This document shows, in pieces, positions 14,897 through 30,064 of a stretch of 64,000 bases of DNA (position 1 is its first letter; each line of letters opens with the position of its first letter). A model generated the notes under the pieces. It was not told the DNA's origin and searched no databases. It saw only the letters and a program-made list of their open reading frames with translations. Source of the DNA: Amoebidium appalachense (taxonomy: Eukaryota > Protista > Ichthyosporea); assembly GCA_963693365.1 (NCBI GenBank), contig CAVNZM010000002.1, positions 11,216,328-11,280,327 on the forward strand, written 5' to 3'. The position numbers and the translations under genes are program-made.

Positions 14897-16300
14897 CGCC
14901 TCTCCCCACCCTTCTAACACTGCATGGAATGTATTGCAAAAAGGTGGAATACCGTGTGCCCCGCCAGTGAAATGCACTGTCTATCAAAACCAATATCCAC
15001 AATCAGGAAAACAGATATAGAGATATAATTACCACATGGGACCATATTTTTTGGCGGCCAGTCTGTTGCGGCCATGAATGCACGTGCTGGGAATTTCTGC
15101 AGCGCTAGCAGCTCTTCGATCCCCCGGTTGGATGTGGTCAAAATGGCCGCCCCCTAAAAGTTGCCCAACTTAAGGATTCATATCAATGCCAGTTGATACC
15201 CAAGCGCTACCCGTGTTTTTTCCGGAGCAAAATAATTGCCGTGCATCATCATTGAACATTCACCAACCACTGCAACCCCACTTTTCAAAAAAATACCAAA
15301 CCGTAAGTACAGCCTTTCAAGGGGGACCATATAAGAGGGTAAAGAAACAAAACCAATTAAGCTAGAATTCTGATAAGAGGCAGAATCGGGATCCCTTGCC
15401 CGGCCTTACTAAGGGAATATCCCTCGCCGACCAAATTTTTTGTCACCGTCGCACTCAAAGAAACATGAGGTCGTACATAGGCTAGCGAGGAAGGGGGGGG
15501 GGGGGGGGGGGGAGGAGGGGGGGGAGGGGGGGGGGGGGAGGGCCGCCGGGGGAGGGGCATGGGGGGGGGGGGGGGGGAGGTTAGCCCGTGCTGCCAAGTG
15601 CATTCAGGGTTTGTGCCCCTTTCCGAAAAAACGGAGAGATAAGGGCGCGCAAGGGGCAGAGGTTGGGTGGCTTCCTTGAAGTTTGTATGCCAAGTTCACG
15701 TTATTATTGATGGTTCAAACGACAAAAGGACAAATTTCAAACACGGTGGTGTGACTTATTATTATTCAGGGGGAACGATTCGAACCCAGAACTTGTCCGG
15801 CCCATTTTAGTGGTTCCCAGCATTTTATAGGGCCCAGGCACGTAAAGAAGGGGTGCAATTTTGGGGTTTTGTGGAATAGGATATATACTATGAAAACAAT
15901 GATTTTTAGCGGTTTTCGTGAAGCAATCTCCCTATATACCTGGGGGGTGTTTCCGTCATCACTAACCTGCTTCGGTTTGTTTGTGTGTGTGTGGGTGGTG
16001 TGTGTGTGTGTGTTTGTGTGTGTGTGTGCACATGTGTGTGTGTGTGTGTGTGTGTGTGGGCACGCACGTTTTTGCGTGGTGGTGTTTCAAATTAGTGTCT
16101 TCAGAAAATAAAGACCCCCCGTCCCCCCCGGGCCCCCACAGAATGGGCATGGCTCGTGTGTGTGTGCTAGAAGGGGGGGGGGGGGGGGGGGGGGGGGGGA
16201 AGGGGGGGGGGGGATAGAGGGTGGGACGTGAGAGAGAGTGGGGGGAGAGGGGGGAAGGAGAGCAAGAGATAGAGACTCAGAGAGTTTATATTGATGGTCT

Positions 16301-16342
<42 letters not shown>

Positions 16343-17080
16343 GTGCGCGCGCACGTGTGTGTTTGTGTGTGTGTGTGTGTTGGGTAGGGGAGTACTGTTT
16401 TTTTGCCATCGTTTTCTTTCTTGTCACAAGTCCTGTGGACGGGTGGGCAGGGGGGGGGGGGGGGGGGGGGGGGGGGGGAGGGGGGGGGGGTTGGTGTTTG
16501 TAGGCTGTCCCATCATATGAGTAGGCCCCAACGTTCAAGTGACAACACACATCTGCTAATTATTGTGGGGATTTACAAAACCAGCCCACGGTCACGGATA
16601 CATAGTTCCATAGTGTATGTGTGTGCGTGTGCTCGTGTGTGTGTGCTCGTTCGCGCATTTATGACACGTGTGATAATCCGGTGTTCATGTGTCCGTGCCC
16701 CTCAAGATGTGTCGGTGTGTTTGTGTGGTGCGCTGGCCTGCCAATAATATGTACATGTGTCTCAACAGGGACACGCAACAAAAAGTGGGCAAGTCTATGC
16801 ATCAGCCTACGCGCATGACCATGCACACTGAAAAATGAGGAACCGGAAACCAAACAGAGTGATAGTCTAAATCTAAAACGAACCTTCTTTGAAACTCAAG
16901 TGCTTCGGACCTGCTCCACCCAGCAAATACCGAGATAATAAAACAAACTTAAAACAAGAAAAAAAAAACAAAAAAAAAACGAACGTTAACGGCAAAAAGC
17001 CATATCAAAATAAATAAAATATAAATCAAAAAACCGGAAAACGCACTCAGATGACAGCCCCTCCGCCCTTCTTCTTCCCC

Positions 17081-17638
17081 TCACTGCACGTCATCCACAT
17101 CCTCCCTGAACTCCGGCTCTGTCTGTACGTCCCCATATGCCGATGACCTGAGCTCATTCTTGGCAGACACAAAGTCTCTTGTTTCAAGCGCACGCACACT
17201 GACTCCGAGTTGGGGCCTGGAGTCGTAGAGGAAGGAAGGTGGCGAGGGAAAGGGGGGGGGGGGGGGGGGGGTTAGGACATCAAAGCGCATGGATGGTGTG
17301 AGCCCAATACCGTTTGCCCCTTCCTGATAAGATTCCCCATCAAACTACTTTCGTTTGCAATATTTCCTCTGATTCTTCTAAGGAGCAAATGCATTCACAT
17401 AAAAACAAACACAACCACAGATGAGGACAACCAGACCCACTTACAAACATGCAACAACCACAAACATCTCCCCCAACAAACACCAACACCATAAATAGCA
17501 ATACACAAAGTGTTGACGTATGCCCAGAATGTAAGACAAACCAATTTTTTTTTTCCAAAAGCAGCAGGTTACAACATACATCACGATAGAAAGAAGATAC
17601 AACACAAACCAAAACACAAACACACACACACGCACACA

Positions 17639-17734
<96 letters not shown>

Positions 17735-18181
17735 CACCACCGCCGACCCACCCACCCACCCACCCACCCACCCACCCACCCATAGACACACAGACACACA
17801 GACACACGCACGCACGAACACATCCACGCACGCACACACGAACACATGCACACACACACACACACAGAGTGACAGACACAGACACAGAGATACAAGACGC
17901 ATACCCTCCTGTCTCTTTCTCCCTTCGAAGGTACTCCCTCACGGGCTCCATCACAGCTAGTCGACCTGTATCCGTCCTTGGTTCAGCATTTGTAACGTCC
18001 ATTCTTTGAAACCGTTAGGACCGAAAATGAAAAAAGTCGGGTCGTTAGTATCCACCGTGAACTTTCATTGATGGGATTAAGAAATCGGGGAACGGGACCA
18101 GACAAAAAAAAGGGTAATGGCGGTGGTGGTGGTGGTGGTGGTGTGTGTGTGTGTATGTGTGTGTGTGGGGAAGGGAGGGAG

Positions 18182-18220
<39 letters not shown>

Positions 18221-18309
18221 AGTAAAGCATGCCATGGTTTACTAAGATGCACAGCAGTAAACAGGCAGGTAGAGAGCAGGCAGCCTCCGGGAGAGGGCCT
18301 CTTGGGCCC

Positions 18310-18346
<37 letters not shown>

Positions 18347-18490
18347 AACTTCAAGCACTTGCGCAAACCTACACCTGAAAAAAACACGATGTTGTGTATC
18401 GGGGTGTTTTTCCAAGCCTTCCGTACTGATAGGGTTGAAAGGGGGAGTAGGTTGGGTAAAGTGTGTGTGCGTGTGTGCGTGCGTGCGTGC

Positions 18491-18532
<42 letters not shown>

Positions 18533-18873
18533 CTTGAATGTCTGCAAGAGCAAGCGGGGTGAAGGAACCATGCCAGAGAAGCCCCCATATGTTTGAATGG
18601 GGGGAATAGAGACAGGGTATGACGGGGGGGGGGGGCAAGAAGGAAAATTGTGAGGGTATGGTTGGGGCAGGGATGGTAGCGGGGATGGCTTGGTGGGTAG
18701 GAAAGGGAAAAGGAGAGGAGGAATGGAGCAAGAAGAGAATTCCCAGTAGGGTGAGCGACAAAAGTGGATGTGGGTCAAAAGGGTTGCCTATGATCGTCAT
18801 CTATGTGCCTGCGTGCATGCATCATTGCTGTGTGTGTTGTGCGTGCATGTGTGTGTGTGTGTGTGTGGCTGTG

Positions 18874-18909
<36 letters not shown>

Positions 18910-19008
18910 GGGGGGGGGGGGGGGTTGCATACAGAGTTCCTTCAGATCGCTGCCTGAAAACTCCTCTGTCAGCGCACTGTTTGTGTCCGCGCATGTGTGT
19001 GTGTCCGC

Positions 19009-19077
<69 letters not shown>

Positions 19078-19579
19078 TGTATGTGTATGTGTGTGTGTGC
19101 GTGCGTGCGCATAGGTATATCTGCATGAAGTGAGATTAAGGAATGGTTAACGACTCTTCCTATTCATACTTAACGGCCCTTCCTATTCATACTTAACGAC
19201 CCTTCCTATTCATACTGCACTAACTAGCGTGTTGTGCCTACACCTATTTGTGCTCTCTGTTCCCCCCCCCCCCCCCCCCCCCCTTCACTTTCTCTGTGTG
19301 TGCGTATGAGTGAGCGCAGCGGGTGAATGAGTTAGTGGGTTCTGTGCGTCGAAGATTATCTTCACGCACACTCACTAGCGGAGCCAGTCTGCCAGCAGTT
19401 TAACAAACCCCCCCCCCCCCCCCCCCCCCCCCCCCGAACACACCCTTCCGCAGGGGCCCTCCGCCCTTACACAGCCGCAGAAACCTTGCACACTGCCTCA
19501 CAACCTCGTGCTAACTTTTCCCAATAGACCACTGACCCGTCCACCCAACATGGGCACAGGCACTCGTATGGCTCCCCCT

Positions 19580-19613
<34 letters not shown>

Positions 19614-21144
19614 AATATATCGCATAAACTTGGCTTTCAAAGTAGATAAATACATATCAAAAGTCCTGGCGTAAGACACAACATAAACGTAGCATGATAA
19701 ACATAAACGTAGAAGCAAACATAACCTGCCATGTAACATAACACAAACACAACACTGTCACATATTTACACTAATGAACGTACCTGACCCCGGCATAGTC
19801 GAAGTCCTCACTGACAGCCTCACTAGCCAATAGTAGCCTCAATATGGCCTCTCTCTGGTTGCTGTCTGGCAGGCCTATGCGGAAGGTACGGGGCATGCGC
19901 CTAAGAATGGCCCTGTCCACGTCCTAAAAGGCGCACAGCACGGGGATGAGTAACGACACGGACAACTCTGTCATGCCCCCCCCCCCCCCCCCCCCCCCCT
20001 CCTCTACCAGCACCATACCCTTTCCTCCCGTTCATATACCAATCTAAAAGCCATACCCATTTTCTTCCTTTGTGGGTGGGGAGTCAAACCACATAGTGTG
20101 CAACGATTGCTCCTCCTCCCGGCTCCACAAACACACACACATGACATACGCAGACAAAGAGTTTGCTTACACACCCTTCACTACTGTTTTCACGACCAGA
20201 CCAGTCAATCGTCTAACCACAGTCATGTGCAGACACACAACCACACAACAGCACACATGCATGCGTGCATGCACACACCACACACAGCCTTCCCCCTCCC
20301 CCCCCCCCCCCTCCCTCCCTCTCCCCCTCCCTCGCACCCACCCACCCACACCTACACCTTACACAGACACAGGCACAACCACGACACTCAAACACCTACC
20401 CACCTGCCCACCCATTACAAGCAGGTCGAATCCGACCCCCCTCCCCCCACCTCTCACTCCCCCCATTTTCCACCCCACCACTCCCGCTTGTCCTCCTCCC
20501 TTAAATCTCTTCAACCCCGGCAATACTAAACACTAATTAACCCCCCCCCCTTCTCTCCCATTTCCTTCTATTCCCAACAGCCCACCCACCCACCTGTGGC
20601 CTGTTAGTAGCACCGACAATGATGACCCTGCAGTGGCTGTCACTGCTCAGTCCATCCCACAGGCTCATGAACTGTGTCTTCATCATGGCTGTGGCCTCGT
20701 GGTCGTTGGCCTGACGCTCACGAAGCAGCGAATCTGATTGGGTGAAAATGTGTGAGCCGACATTATTCAAACCTCCTCTAGAGTCTGCCCTCTTCATTTC
20801 TCGATGATAATTCTTCATCTTCCCTCACTCTATTTACCTTTCGCATACATCTACAATAACCTCATACCATGCTGCTGTTATGAACAGCGAAAATTAAGCA
20901 TGTGTGCGCGCGCGCGCGTGTGTGTGTGTGTGTGTGTGCATGCATGCGTGTGTGAGGTGTACTTGCATTTACCCACCTATCTCATCGATGAATATGATGG
21001 TGGGCTGCATCTTGACAGCCAATGAAAACACGGCATTCACTAGCTTCTGACTCTCACCGTACCACTTCTCCGTCAGGGTGGACACCTTGAGGTTGATGAA
21101 TGTGCATTCTGTACGCGCGCGCGCGCGCGCGCGCGCGCGCGCGC

Positions 21145-21202
<58 letters not shown>

Positions 21203-23194
21203 GAGTTTGTGATTGAGTGGGTTGGTGAGGAGGGAGTGTTGTTTTGTGGAAGAGCCTGGTCTGATATAGTGTGTGGGGTGCCTGCTCATGCGCATGCAGA
21301 GACATTAGAATGTGTGTGCATGTTTGTGTCTATGTCGGTGCATGTGATGATGTGTTTGGAACACAGGGCTGTCAGGATGAGATAAGGCAAACAACAATCG
21401 TAGCACAATATCAGACAAGAGATTGTGAAATATACAGATAGCATAAAGGGTATGCAAGACATGGGTGTCATCGGAATCAGAAAGAAGAGACGACAAAGAC
21501 GGAACGGAGAGATTGGGCTGCATAAAAATAGATCGAGATAAATGCCGGTCGGCCAGCCTTCCAGTGAATGAGATGTAACCACCACATTCGATTGAATCCA
21601 GGGGAGGAGGATGTGACTACAGTCAAAACATTGGGCGTATAGGTCATCGCAAAAGAAGGGCACACACAAGAACAGAACACTAAGATGTACAGTGTACTTG
21701 CCGAAGAACACCACCGGAGGCTGACAATCTCCCCTACTCCCTCCCAACCCTTCCCCTCTAACCCCGCAGCCCACGCCCATATGCACGCATGCACCTCACA
21801 GCGCTCCCACACAAACACATTGACACGTAAACTTCTCGCACTCAACCTGCCTCCCTTTCCCCTCTCATACAAATCTCGACCAAGCCCGGAAGCCCACATC
21901 TACCTTACGACCCTGCTGATCCTCCCTCCCCCCCCCCCCCCCCCTCCCTCCTCCCCCCCCCCCCCCCCCCCCCGTTTTGCTCAGCCACGACCTCTCCCCC
22001 CCCCCCCCTCCTCCCCTCCCCCCCTCCCTCCCCCCCCCCCCCCAAAAAAAAAAAAAACAAACAAAAAAAACAAAAAAAAACACACACACACGCACACACG
22101 CACACACGCACACACACACACACGCACACAAACAAACAAACCAAAAAATCACACACCACACACGTACCGCTCTCCTTAGCTATTGCCTTTGCCAGCATGG
22201 TCTTTCCACACCCTGGTGGCCCATACAGAAGGATCCCTGTGGCCCAGTCAGTCACACACCGCAGCCCAGGGGGACATACATCATTGCACTTTTCAAATTT
22301 CACAGCCCCCTTCCTCCCCTCCCCCCCCCCCCCCCCCCTCAAACTCCCCAAAAAACCCCTACACACAACCCTTCTCGCCTCCTCCTCCTCGCATCCAGGC
22401 GCGCGCACACACACACACCCTCTTTTTGACATCCAGCCCCCACCACCCCCCCCCCCCCCCCTCCCTCCCCAGACACCTCCCGGCAACCCACCATCAACGT
22501 TTCATTCCTTCCCTTCTTGCCCTCCCACCAAAGCGAACCCCTCTATCCCCTCCACGATAACCCAAAGCCCCAGCACACCAACCCCCCCCCCCCCCCCCCC
22601 CCCTTCCCCCTCTACCACCACTACCCAAAAGCACGCACCTCTTGGTGGCTGTAGTAGCCTTGATCTGCCCCCAAAGATGTCTGGCCGAGTGAACGGCAAC
22701 ACCACCTGCATCACACGGTGAGTGCACACTCGCCTATCCTCCCCCCCCCCCCCCCCCCCCCCCTTTTCCCCCTCCAAACACAGTTTCCCTACCTTTAAAC
22801 GCTGCTGTGATCAATTCTCCCTCCCTCTCCATAACCTCCAACCGCACAGTGTGTCTATGCTAAACTTAACCCCCCCTCCCCCCCCCCAACACACACACCC
22901 CACCAGCAGCACACACACACATAACATATTCCATCATAGATATTCCACCCAACGCATGCGCGCACACACACACATGGACAAATGATGGACGTACACACAT
23001 GTACAAACACCCAGCCCATCGCCCTCATGCGCGCAGGCAGTATATCATCACACACCACCCATCCACCCACAACACACACAGTTTCCACAGCTATGAGTAC
23101 ACTCCATCATCCCCCCCCCCCCCCCCCCCCCCCACCACCACCACCACCCCTACTTCCTCTCCTCTCTCTCACACACACACACACAAAAAAAAAA

Positions 23195-23236
<42 letters not shown>

Positions 23237-23331
23237 GGGGGGGGGGGAGAGAGAGAGAGAGAAGGGGAGGGGGGGGAGAGAGAGAGAGGGGGGGGGGGGG
23301 GGGGGGGGGGGAGAGAGAGAGAGAGAGAGAG

Positions 23332-23417
<86 letters not shown>

Positions 23418-24099
23418 AAAGACATAGCACTCACCACCTCCTTGAGTGAGTCCACCACACTAGCCAGCCCTCCAATATCGTTCCATCCCGTCGTCAGGGT
23501 GCTTGGGTCCACAATCTCACTGGCTGCACAGGTGCAGAGGCAAACAGATGGGTTAGTGAAAGAGGCGCGATGGTCAATGAGTTAGAAGCCGTAACATTGA
23601 AAATTGGCAGGCTGAGTGCCTCCCCCCCCCCCCCCCCCCCCCCCCCCCCCGCCGCCGCCGGCCCCTGGAGACACACATACATTAGTGTGAGCGCGCACAA
23701 ATACACCTGTAATAGAAGGGGGAAGGTGAAGGGAGGGGGAGGGGGAGAGGGGAGGGGGGTCATGTCGACACCACAAGGCCCCAAGAAAAATATTTGTCGC
23801 CCCCCCCCCCCCCCCCCCCCTCCCCCCCCCCCTTCAACTGAAACACCACCACCACCACCACCGCGAAACACACCCAAAACCAATCAATAATAACAATAGA
23901 AAATAATGCCAAAGGGCCCACACACCTATGACCAGCTCATGTTCGTCCAGAGTGCAGTTGTTATCTCTAAGCCGCTGCACCACAAACCCAGGCAGGCTTG
24001 CGGGTTTCTTGCGCCGGGTAGGGTCGAGGCTATCCAGGGCCCAGCGTAGGGTGAAGTAGGTCAATATGGGTGCAGCTATGAGGATAGCCACGTCCAGGG
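17081..24099 (-). CDS. ATAD1: Outer mitochondrial membrane / peroxisomal AAA+ dislocase ATAD1/Msp1; the first coding exon lies upstream of 24099 and was not identified
   Basis: Ten phase-compatible GT-AG exons: 24099-23926 (TM anchor [26 protein letters not shown]), 23523-23435 (W.DIGGL), 22705-22639 (LLQPPRG), 22236-22168 (Walker A GPPGCGKT), 21108-20977 (KWYGESQKL; Walker B IIFIDEID), 20733-20594 ([18 protein letters not shown]; GATNRP), 19923-19784 (AILRRMP), 18976-18933 ([10 protein letters not shown]), 17965-17905 and 17216-17081 (stop). Confidence 0.95.
19147..19215. repeat. 23-bp minisatellite x3 in an ATAD1 intron
   Basis: TTAACGACCCTTCCTATTCATAC three times with single substitutions. 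Confidence 0.9.
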
Positions 24100-24288
24100 C
24101 TGTGGGTGGTTGGTTGGTTGTGTGGGTGGGTCGGTGGGTGGGTCGGTGGGTAGATGGGTGGGTGGGTGGGTGGGTGGGGGGGGGGGGGGGGCAGAAGAGG
24201 GGACAGAAAGGAGTTAAAATAGGTGGGCCGGGGAAGGGGGTGGGGGGGAGGGGGGGGAAAGGGGGGCAGTTCTCTTGGTACATGCACC

Positions 24289-24347
<59 letters not shown>

Positions 24348-24373
24348 TGTGTGTGTGCAATCCATGACGTGTA

Positions 24374-24466
<93 letters not shown>

Positions 24467-25699
24467 TTGTTGTCCTGTGTATGAATGTCTAAACGGCAGT
24501 GAGCTCGGGGTGCAGGTACGTTAGCACACGTCGGGGGGGGGCACACAGATAGAATAAGTGAAACAGTCCTTTCAGAAGTAATAGTGCAAGTATACGCGTG
24601 TGTATTTTTTTTGTGGGGGGACGGAGGAAGGGGGGAGGGGGAGAGGAAACAGGGTGACAGACAGGTTGAAGCGGAAAGGGGGGGGGGAGGGGGGGAGAGG
24701 GGGGAGAGAGAGAGGAAGCCGGGACAACAAGCAGGCAATAAAAGTAATTGGCTTGATTGTATAGGGAACGTGGGCCCCAGACTGGTGGTGGAGGGGTGAT
24801 CGGGCACCCTTTTTGTGTCTACGTGGGGCCAGGGGAAGGGAGAAGGGTGGGTGGGTGGGTGGGTTGGGTTGGGTTGGGGTGGGGGTTGGGGGGGGGAACT
24901 TAGCTGCAAAAGGAACGAGAGAAAGGGTAAATTGAACGCGTGGAGGACATCTAATATTGAGGGAGTTCTGTGCACCACAGGCAGCCTTTCGGTGTAGTAT
25001 GCGTGGTATGCCAAGACCCGTTTCGCTTCTCTAAGCATGCAACAACTTCGTAACCCCTCCCCCCCACTCCCTCCACCCCACAACAAAACACACACAAACA
25101 CACGCTTCCGCGCCTTCAACACTACCCAAATCTCCCCCCCTCGCTCACTTCCTCTCTTTCCCACCCCTCCCGCCCTCTAACCCTGGACCCTACCACAACT
25201 AACGTCAATGCCATGACAGGCATCAGTCCAGCCACCAAACGCTCAGTCCAGGAGCAAGCCACGCGCCACACCACGCAGCCTTGCCCCCCACCTGTGACTC
25301 TGGCTTGTGGCATGGTTGCTGGTGGGGACCCCTATCGGGCTGCTCCTTATGTGCTGTCTTTACACCCTCCTTGCACAGACACTAAACTCAGACACAGCTC
25401 AGAAAAGTAACACCACGTGCACTGCAGTCTGCCGTACATGCGTTGTGACACGCGTGCCAAGTGCATCAGGTTCCAAGTTGGGGTGCCGGTCTGCATTCCA
25501 AAGAGATGGAAAAGATAAGCATTAGCCTAATATGGAAGGTGTTTTCCAGACCGTCTGCTGGGCATCACATGCCCCACATTGAATTCTCTTGTACATGTAC
25601 GGAGGTCCTGCATAACGAAAGCACCCTAATATTACATTGTAAAAGCGAGGGAAAATATTGTGGGAGTGAGTTCTGAGTGGAGCTGCACAAGTGGTTAGC

Positions 25700-26450
25700 T
25701 ATAGAGAGTCAGACTGTTGCCGGCAGCTGTCTTTTTTTCAGAGGGCCGTGCAGCTGGCCGGGCCGTCTCCGAGACCGAGCCAATCGAATCTCACAGCAAT
25801 TCGAATAACCTTATTTGGTTCTCGGAATTCCGTTGATCCTCAGGGTTCGAATTGACGGTCAAACGAATGCTCAAACCCTCTCTCAGTCATACCCTGCGCT
25901 TGCAGCTTGTAAATATTGTATAGAATCGCCGAAGTTTGCACTACAAGACAGCGTCAAAAGTAATTCAAAATTACATTTCCCTCAGGGGCTGTGTACTGTA
26001 TAACGTAACACCTGATTCCACACCTTCCAAAGTTGCACGATAAAACTGACATCGATCAGATAAGAATGGCTTACCTACATCTGCCGCGTTTTTATCCGGG
26101 TTGCGTTGCGATCGAAAACTAAAAGTTTGACACTGTCGAGCTGGGCCAAGTCAACGCGTTCACACAACACAACACCAAAGCTGGCAACCTAATATTAGTT
26201 GTTATTGGGGCCAAAAAAAACACAAAAGCACACTCCGCCGTCACCTCACTACTGTGTGTCAAGACACAGGCAGGTTAAACATAGCCGGGAGCTTTAGGAA
26301 TCACTAAGAGTTTGGCTAGCCCATCCCTCTTTGCCGTCCATCAGTAAAGGCGGGGACAGCGGAAATTGGAGGCAACACAGGTGGTAGCTCTACAGTCGCC
26401 TGCAAGTTGTGGCGTGTCGCAGCGCATGTGTAAACGTTTATGAAGGTACG
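25700..26450. promoter_or_regulatory. Probable divergent promoter region between the head-to-head ATAD1 and ankyrin/PP1-regulator genes
   Basis: Repeat-free, CpG-containing stretch between divergently oriented genes. Donor-like sites point away on both strands (minus GTAAGC at ~26074, plus GTACGC at ~26446). Positional inference only. Confidence 0.3.
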
Positions 26451-26587
26451 CAGTCAATTAGCATTACTTATATGTGCAGGTCGCTCTACGCGTTCGTACG
26501 TTCTTGCATGCTCTCACGCATTGTAGCGCACCGCACCCAACCCTCGTTGATTGTCTCCCCCCCCCCCCCTTCCCCTCCCCCCCTCCG

Positions 26588-27390
26588 GTCGCGAATGCGT
26601 ACTTGGTACTCTGCAACAAACTCCAACCCCCTTTCCCAGAATACACGCATGCACACGCACTCGCGCACACGCACGTACGCAGACACATACACACCAAACA
26701 CACGCACACAAACACTACAACACACACGCACCCACCCACATACACATAGACGTACGCACCCACACGTACACACACACACGCACACAAACCCAAACACACG
26801 AAAGATACACGCGAGCGCGCACGCGAACGTTCGCGTGGGCTCATGCGTACACACACATCCACACAGACCTAGAAACACACACGCAAGGCACACGAACACC
26901 TGTGACCGCGCATGCGCACTTCACTCACCAACTCACGCCAACATACACGCCCGCAACACTTCCACTCACATGCCACTCACACCTACACTCATTCACACGC
27001 CATTTAGTTGTTCCTTCTGGGTTAGCTTTAGTTTTCCCCACCGCTTCTTTGCGTGTGCCAATTTGTCTTTTGTCCGTCGTGAATCCGTACTTGGTACTCT
27101 GTCACGTGCCCCCCCCCCCCCCCCCCTCCCCCCTTCCCCCCCCCCCCCCCCTCCCCCTTCCGCCCCTCCTTTACACGTGCTATTCTATGTTTGTCCGTCG
27201 TGAATCCGTACTTGGAACTCTGTAGCGCATTCCCCCCCCTTCCCCCCCCCCCCCCCCCCCTCCCCTCCCCCCCCCCCCCCCCCCCCCCCCCGCCTCTGAG
27301 GATGGATCTGGTATGATGCATAGTTGTGTGTTCTTTGCAGTCGATATTGTGTTATGTGTCGTGAGTATGTGAGTCGAACTCTGAAACACA
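26588..27390 (+). repeat. Dispersed ~28-bp motif CGTCGTGAATCCGTACTTGGTACTCTGT
   Basis: Copies at ~26588, 27075 and 27195, a degenerate one at 27357 and a partial one at 32281, separated by microsatellite/poly-C. Confidence 0.7.
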
Positions 27391-27939
27391 TTATTACCCC
27401 CCCCCCCCCCCACCCCCCTAGCTCCTTGTCCTAGGAACTGAATATGTTGGATACTCTCCTCCCTATGTTTGTGTGTCCTGCACAACGCGTTTCTTTGTGC
27501 TCCCACTTACCGTGAAATACATCCCCCCCCCCCCCCCCCTCCCCCCCCCCCCCCCCAAAAAAAAAAAAAAAAAAAAAAACGGCAGAGCCTTCTAAAAGGC
27601 ATGCACACAACCCACGTGCGCTTTCTCTATGCCATACTCAACAAAATACCACACATCCTTTCTCCTGCAACACACCGAATCGTGACTGGAATAGCGCCCA
27701 CCCAGCTGAACTTGCCCTCTTCCTTCCCTCTCCTCACCCCCCCCCCCCCCCCCCCCACCCCCCCCCTCCTGCCTGCCCCTCCTCTCCCCCCCCCCCACGT
27801 CAACCCCCCCCCCCCCCCCACCCACAGAAAAAGCTCTTCCCATCCCTTTCTCCCCCCCCCCCCCCTCCCCCCTTTTTTGTTCTTTACCCGTGATGCTAAC
27901 AAAACATCATGTACGCAGCCGAAGGGTGCTCACAGGAAG

Positions 27940-29393
27940 ATGCAGCGCCTAATGGGCACTGTGCTCTCTCTCGGGGACCTACTCATTGACCCTGCAAAGG
28001 CAAGGAGGCGGCAGCAGGTAGAGCAGTGGAGGGAATGGGACCAGTCACAGCCCAGCCCGGATAGGTCCCCGGCTGCCCTGCGCTTCAGCTTGCAAGACAC
28101 ACTAATGAGCGCTGTAGGTGGTCCCTGCGTGTTTTTTGTGTGTTTCTGTGTGTGTGTGTGTGTGTTGGGGGAGGGGGGAGGGGAGGGGGGAGGGGGTGGG
28201 GAAGGTAGGGGACGGGGGCAGGGACATGAGGGAGAGGAGACGGGAGGGGGCTTGATAACAGTTGAAAATGTGGTGTCGCAGCTTAGGCTTAATTGAGAGG
28301 TGGGAATTGGTTATGTTTTACAGGGATTGGGAGGGAGACTTGGGGGGGAGGGGGGAGGGGGGGAGGAAGGAGCAGAGCGGTCTGAGAGTATTCTTTTCAT
28401 TTTCCCTGTATTTCCCCTCGTCCCCCATCCCCCCAGCCCCCCCCATCCCCCCACCAACTCCCCTTGCTCCCCCATCCGGTTGTTCACAATAACTTCAAAA
28501 ATATCCCCCCCCCCCTCCACACATCACCACACCCCCACACCTCCTTACATCCACCACCGGATTTCCCAAAGCGCACACCCATTGGCCTCTGCGTTACTTT
28601 CGCTTCCACCCAACCTCTGCAAGGGTCTCTTGTTTCTGCCTCCACACTCTTCCTTATTTTAGCCTTTTTCTGTCATCCGGCACATGTGCGCGCACACTCA
28701 CACACACACACCACAGACGCCCACGTACACGCACAAACACAAACACGCACACGCACATGCACGCACGCACACGCACACGCACATATGCACATGCACAAAA
28801 TCACACATACATTCCACCACAGTCCCTCCCCCCTTCCCCCCTCCCCGCCCCCCAAAAGAAAAAGAAAAAAAAAAAAAGAAAAAAGCCACCCCCCCCCCCA
28901 CACACAGACACACCCATGCACCATTCCATCCCACACGTCCCCCTCTGCCCCTCACCCCTTATTCCTACACATGCAATATCATGCATTCACCCCAATTCAT
29001 AGCCATCATGCTTTACTGACGCACTCCTTTCCCCTCCCACACCGCAGGTGATTGAAAACGACATAGCGTCAGTCAGCAGTGCATTGAAGGAGCAGCACAT
29101 AGACCTTTCACGTGTGCGCACAGGAAACCACGGGCTCAGCCTGTTGCACCAGTGTGCCGCCAGAAATCTGGTGGAGATGGCCGGCCTGCTGCTGGCTCAC
29201 GGCATAGACCTGGAGGTCACAGATGTGCTGGGCTGGACTGTACGTAGTGTGTGTGTGTGTGTGGGTGGGTGGGTGGATGGGGGGGGAGGGGGGGGGAGGG
29301 GGAGAGAGAGTGAGGGGGGGGGGGGGGGGGGAGGGGGGGAGGGAGGGTAAGGGTGGGTGTGTGTTTGGGGGGGGGGGGGGGAGGGGGGGATGG

Positions 29394-29429
<36 letters not shown>

Positions 29430-29490
29430 TTCGCGTGCGTGCCTGCATGCCTGCGTGGGTGCGTGTGTGCGTTTTTTTTTTTTTTTTTTT

Positions 29491-29521
<31 letters not shown>

Positions 29522-30030
29522 GGGGAGGGGGAGGGGGGGGGGGGGGGGGGCTAAGTGCATTGCTCCTGCTTCCGCGCCATGTGTAGATGGTGTAGTAGGT
29601 GGTTAATTGGGCATGGGCTGGCGGGCACCGGGGGGGAGGGGGGGATACTGAGTTACACTTGTCGGTAATCGTCATGGTTGGAGTAAGTAATACTTGGGCC
29701 CCTGGTATCAGTTGTGTGTGTAGGTGTGTGGGATAGGGCTAAGGTTGAGGGGGTGAGGGCTGTCTGTAGGTGGTCCCGTTGTTGCCGTGCATGTTTGCAA
29801 ATGTTACTTGCAGGGACTTGGTAAATTGGACCTTGGCAATATGCTTCTTATTTGTCTTGATTCTGCATTCCACGGCCCGTTCTCCTACTCTTAATGTACC
29901 CCCTCCAACCTTCTTTTGCCTGTCCACCTCGGAACATTGTGTGTGGGTGAGTCACCCATGCACACACGTAGACATGCACGGTCACTCACCTACTGGCTTT
30001 CTTACACGCACACATACACACACGCGCGCG

Positions 30031-30064
<34 letters not shown>

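Noticed and set aside
26070-26160. Candidate first coding exon of ATAD1 ending at a GTAAGC donor
   Set aside because: There is no in-frame ATG before the upstream stop; at most a 5' UTR exon.
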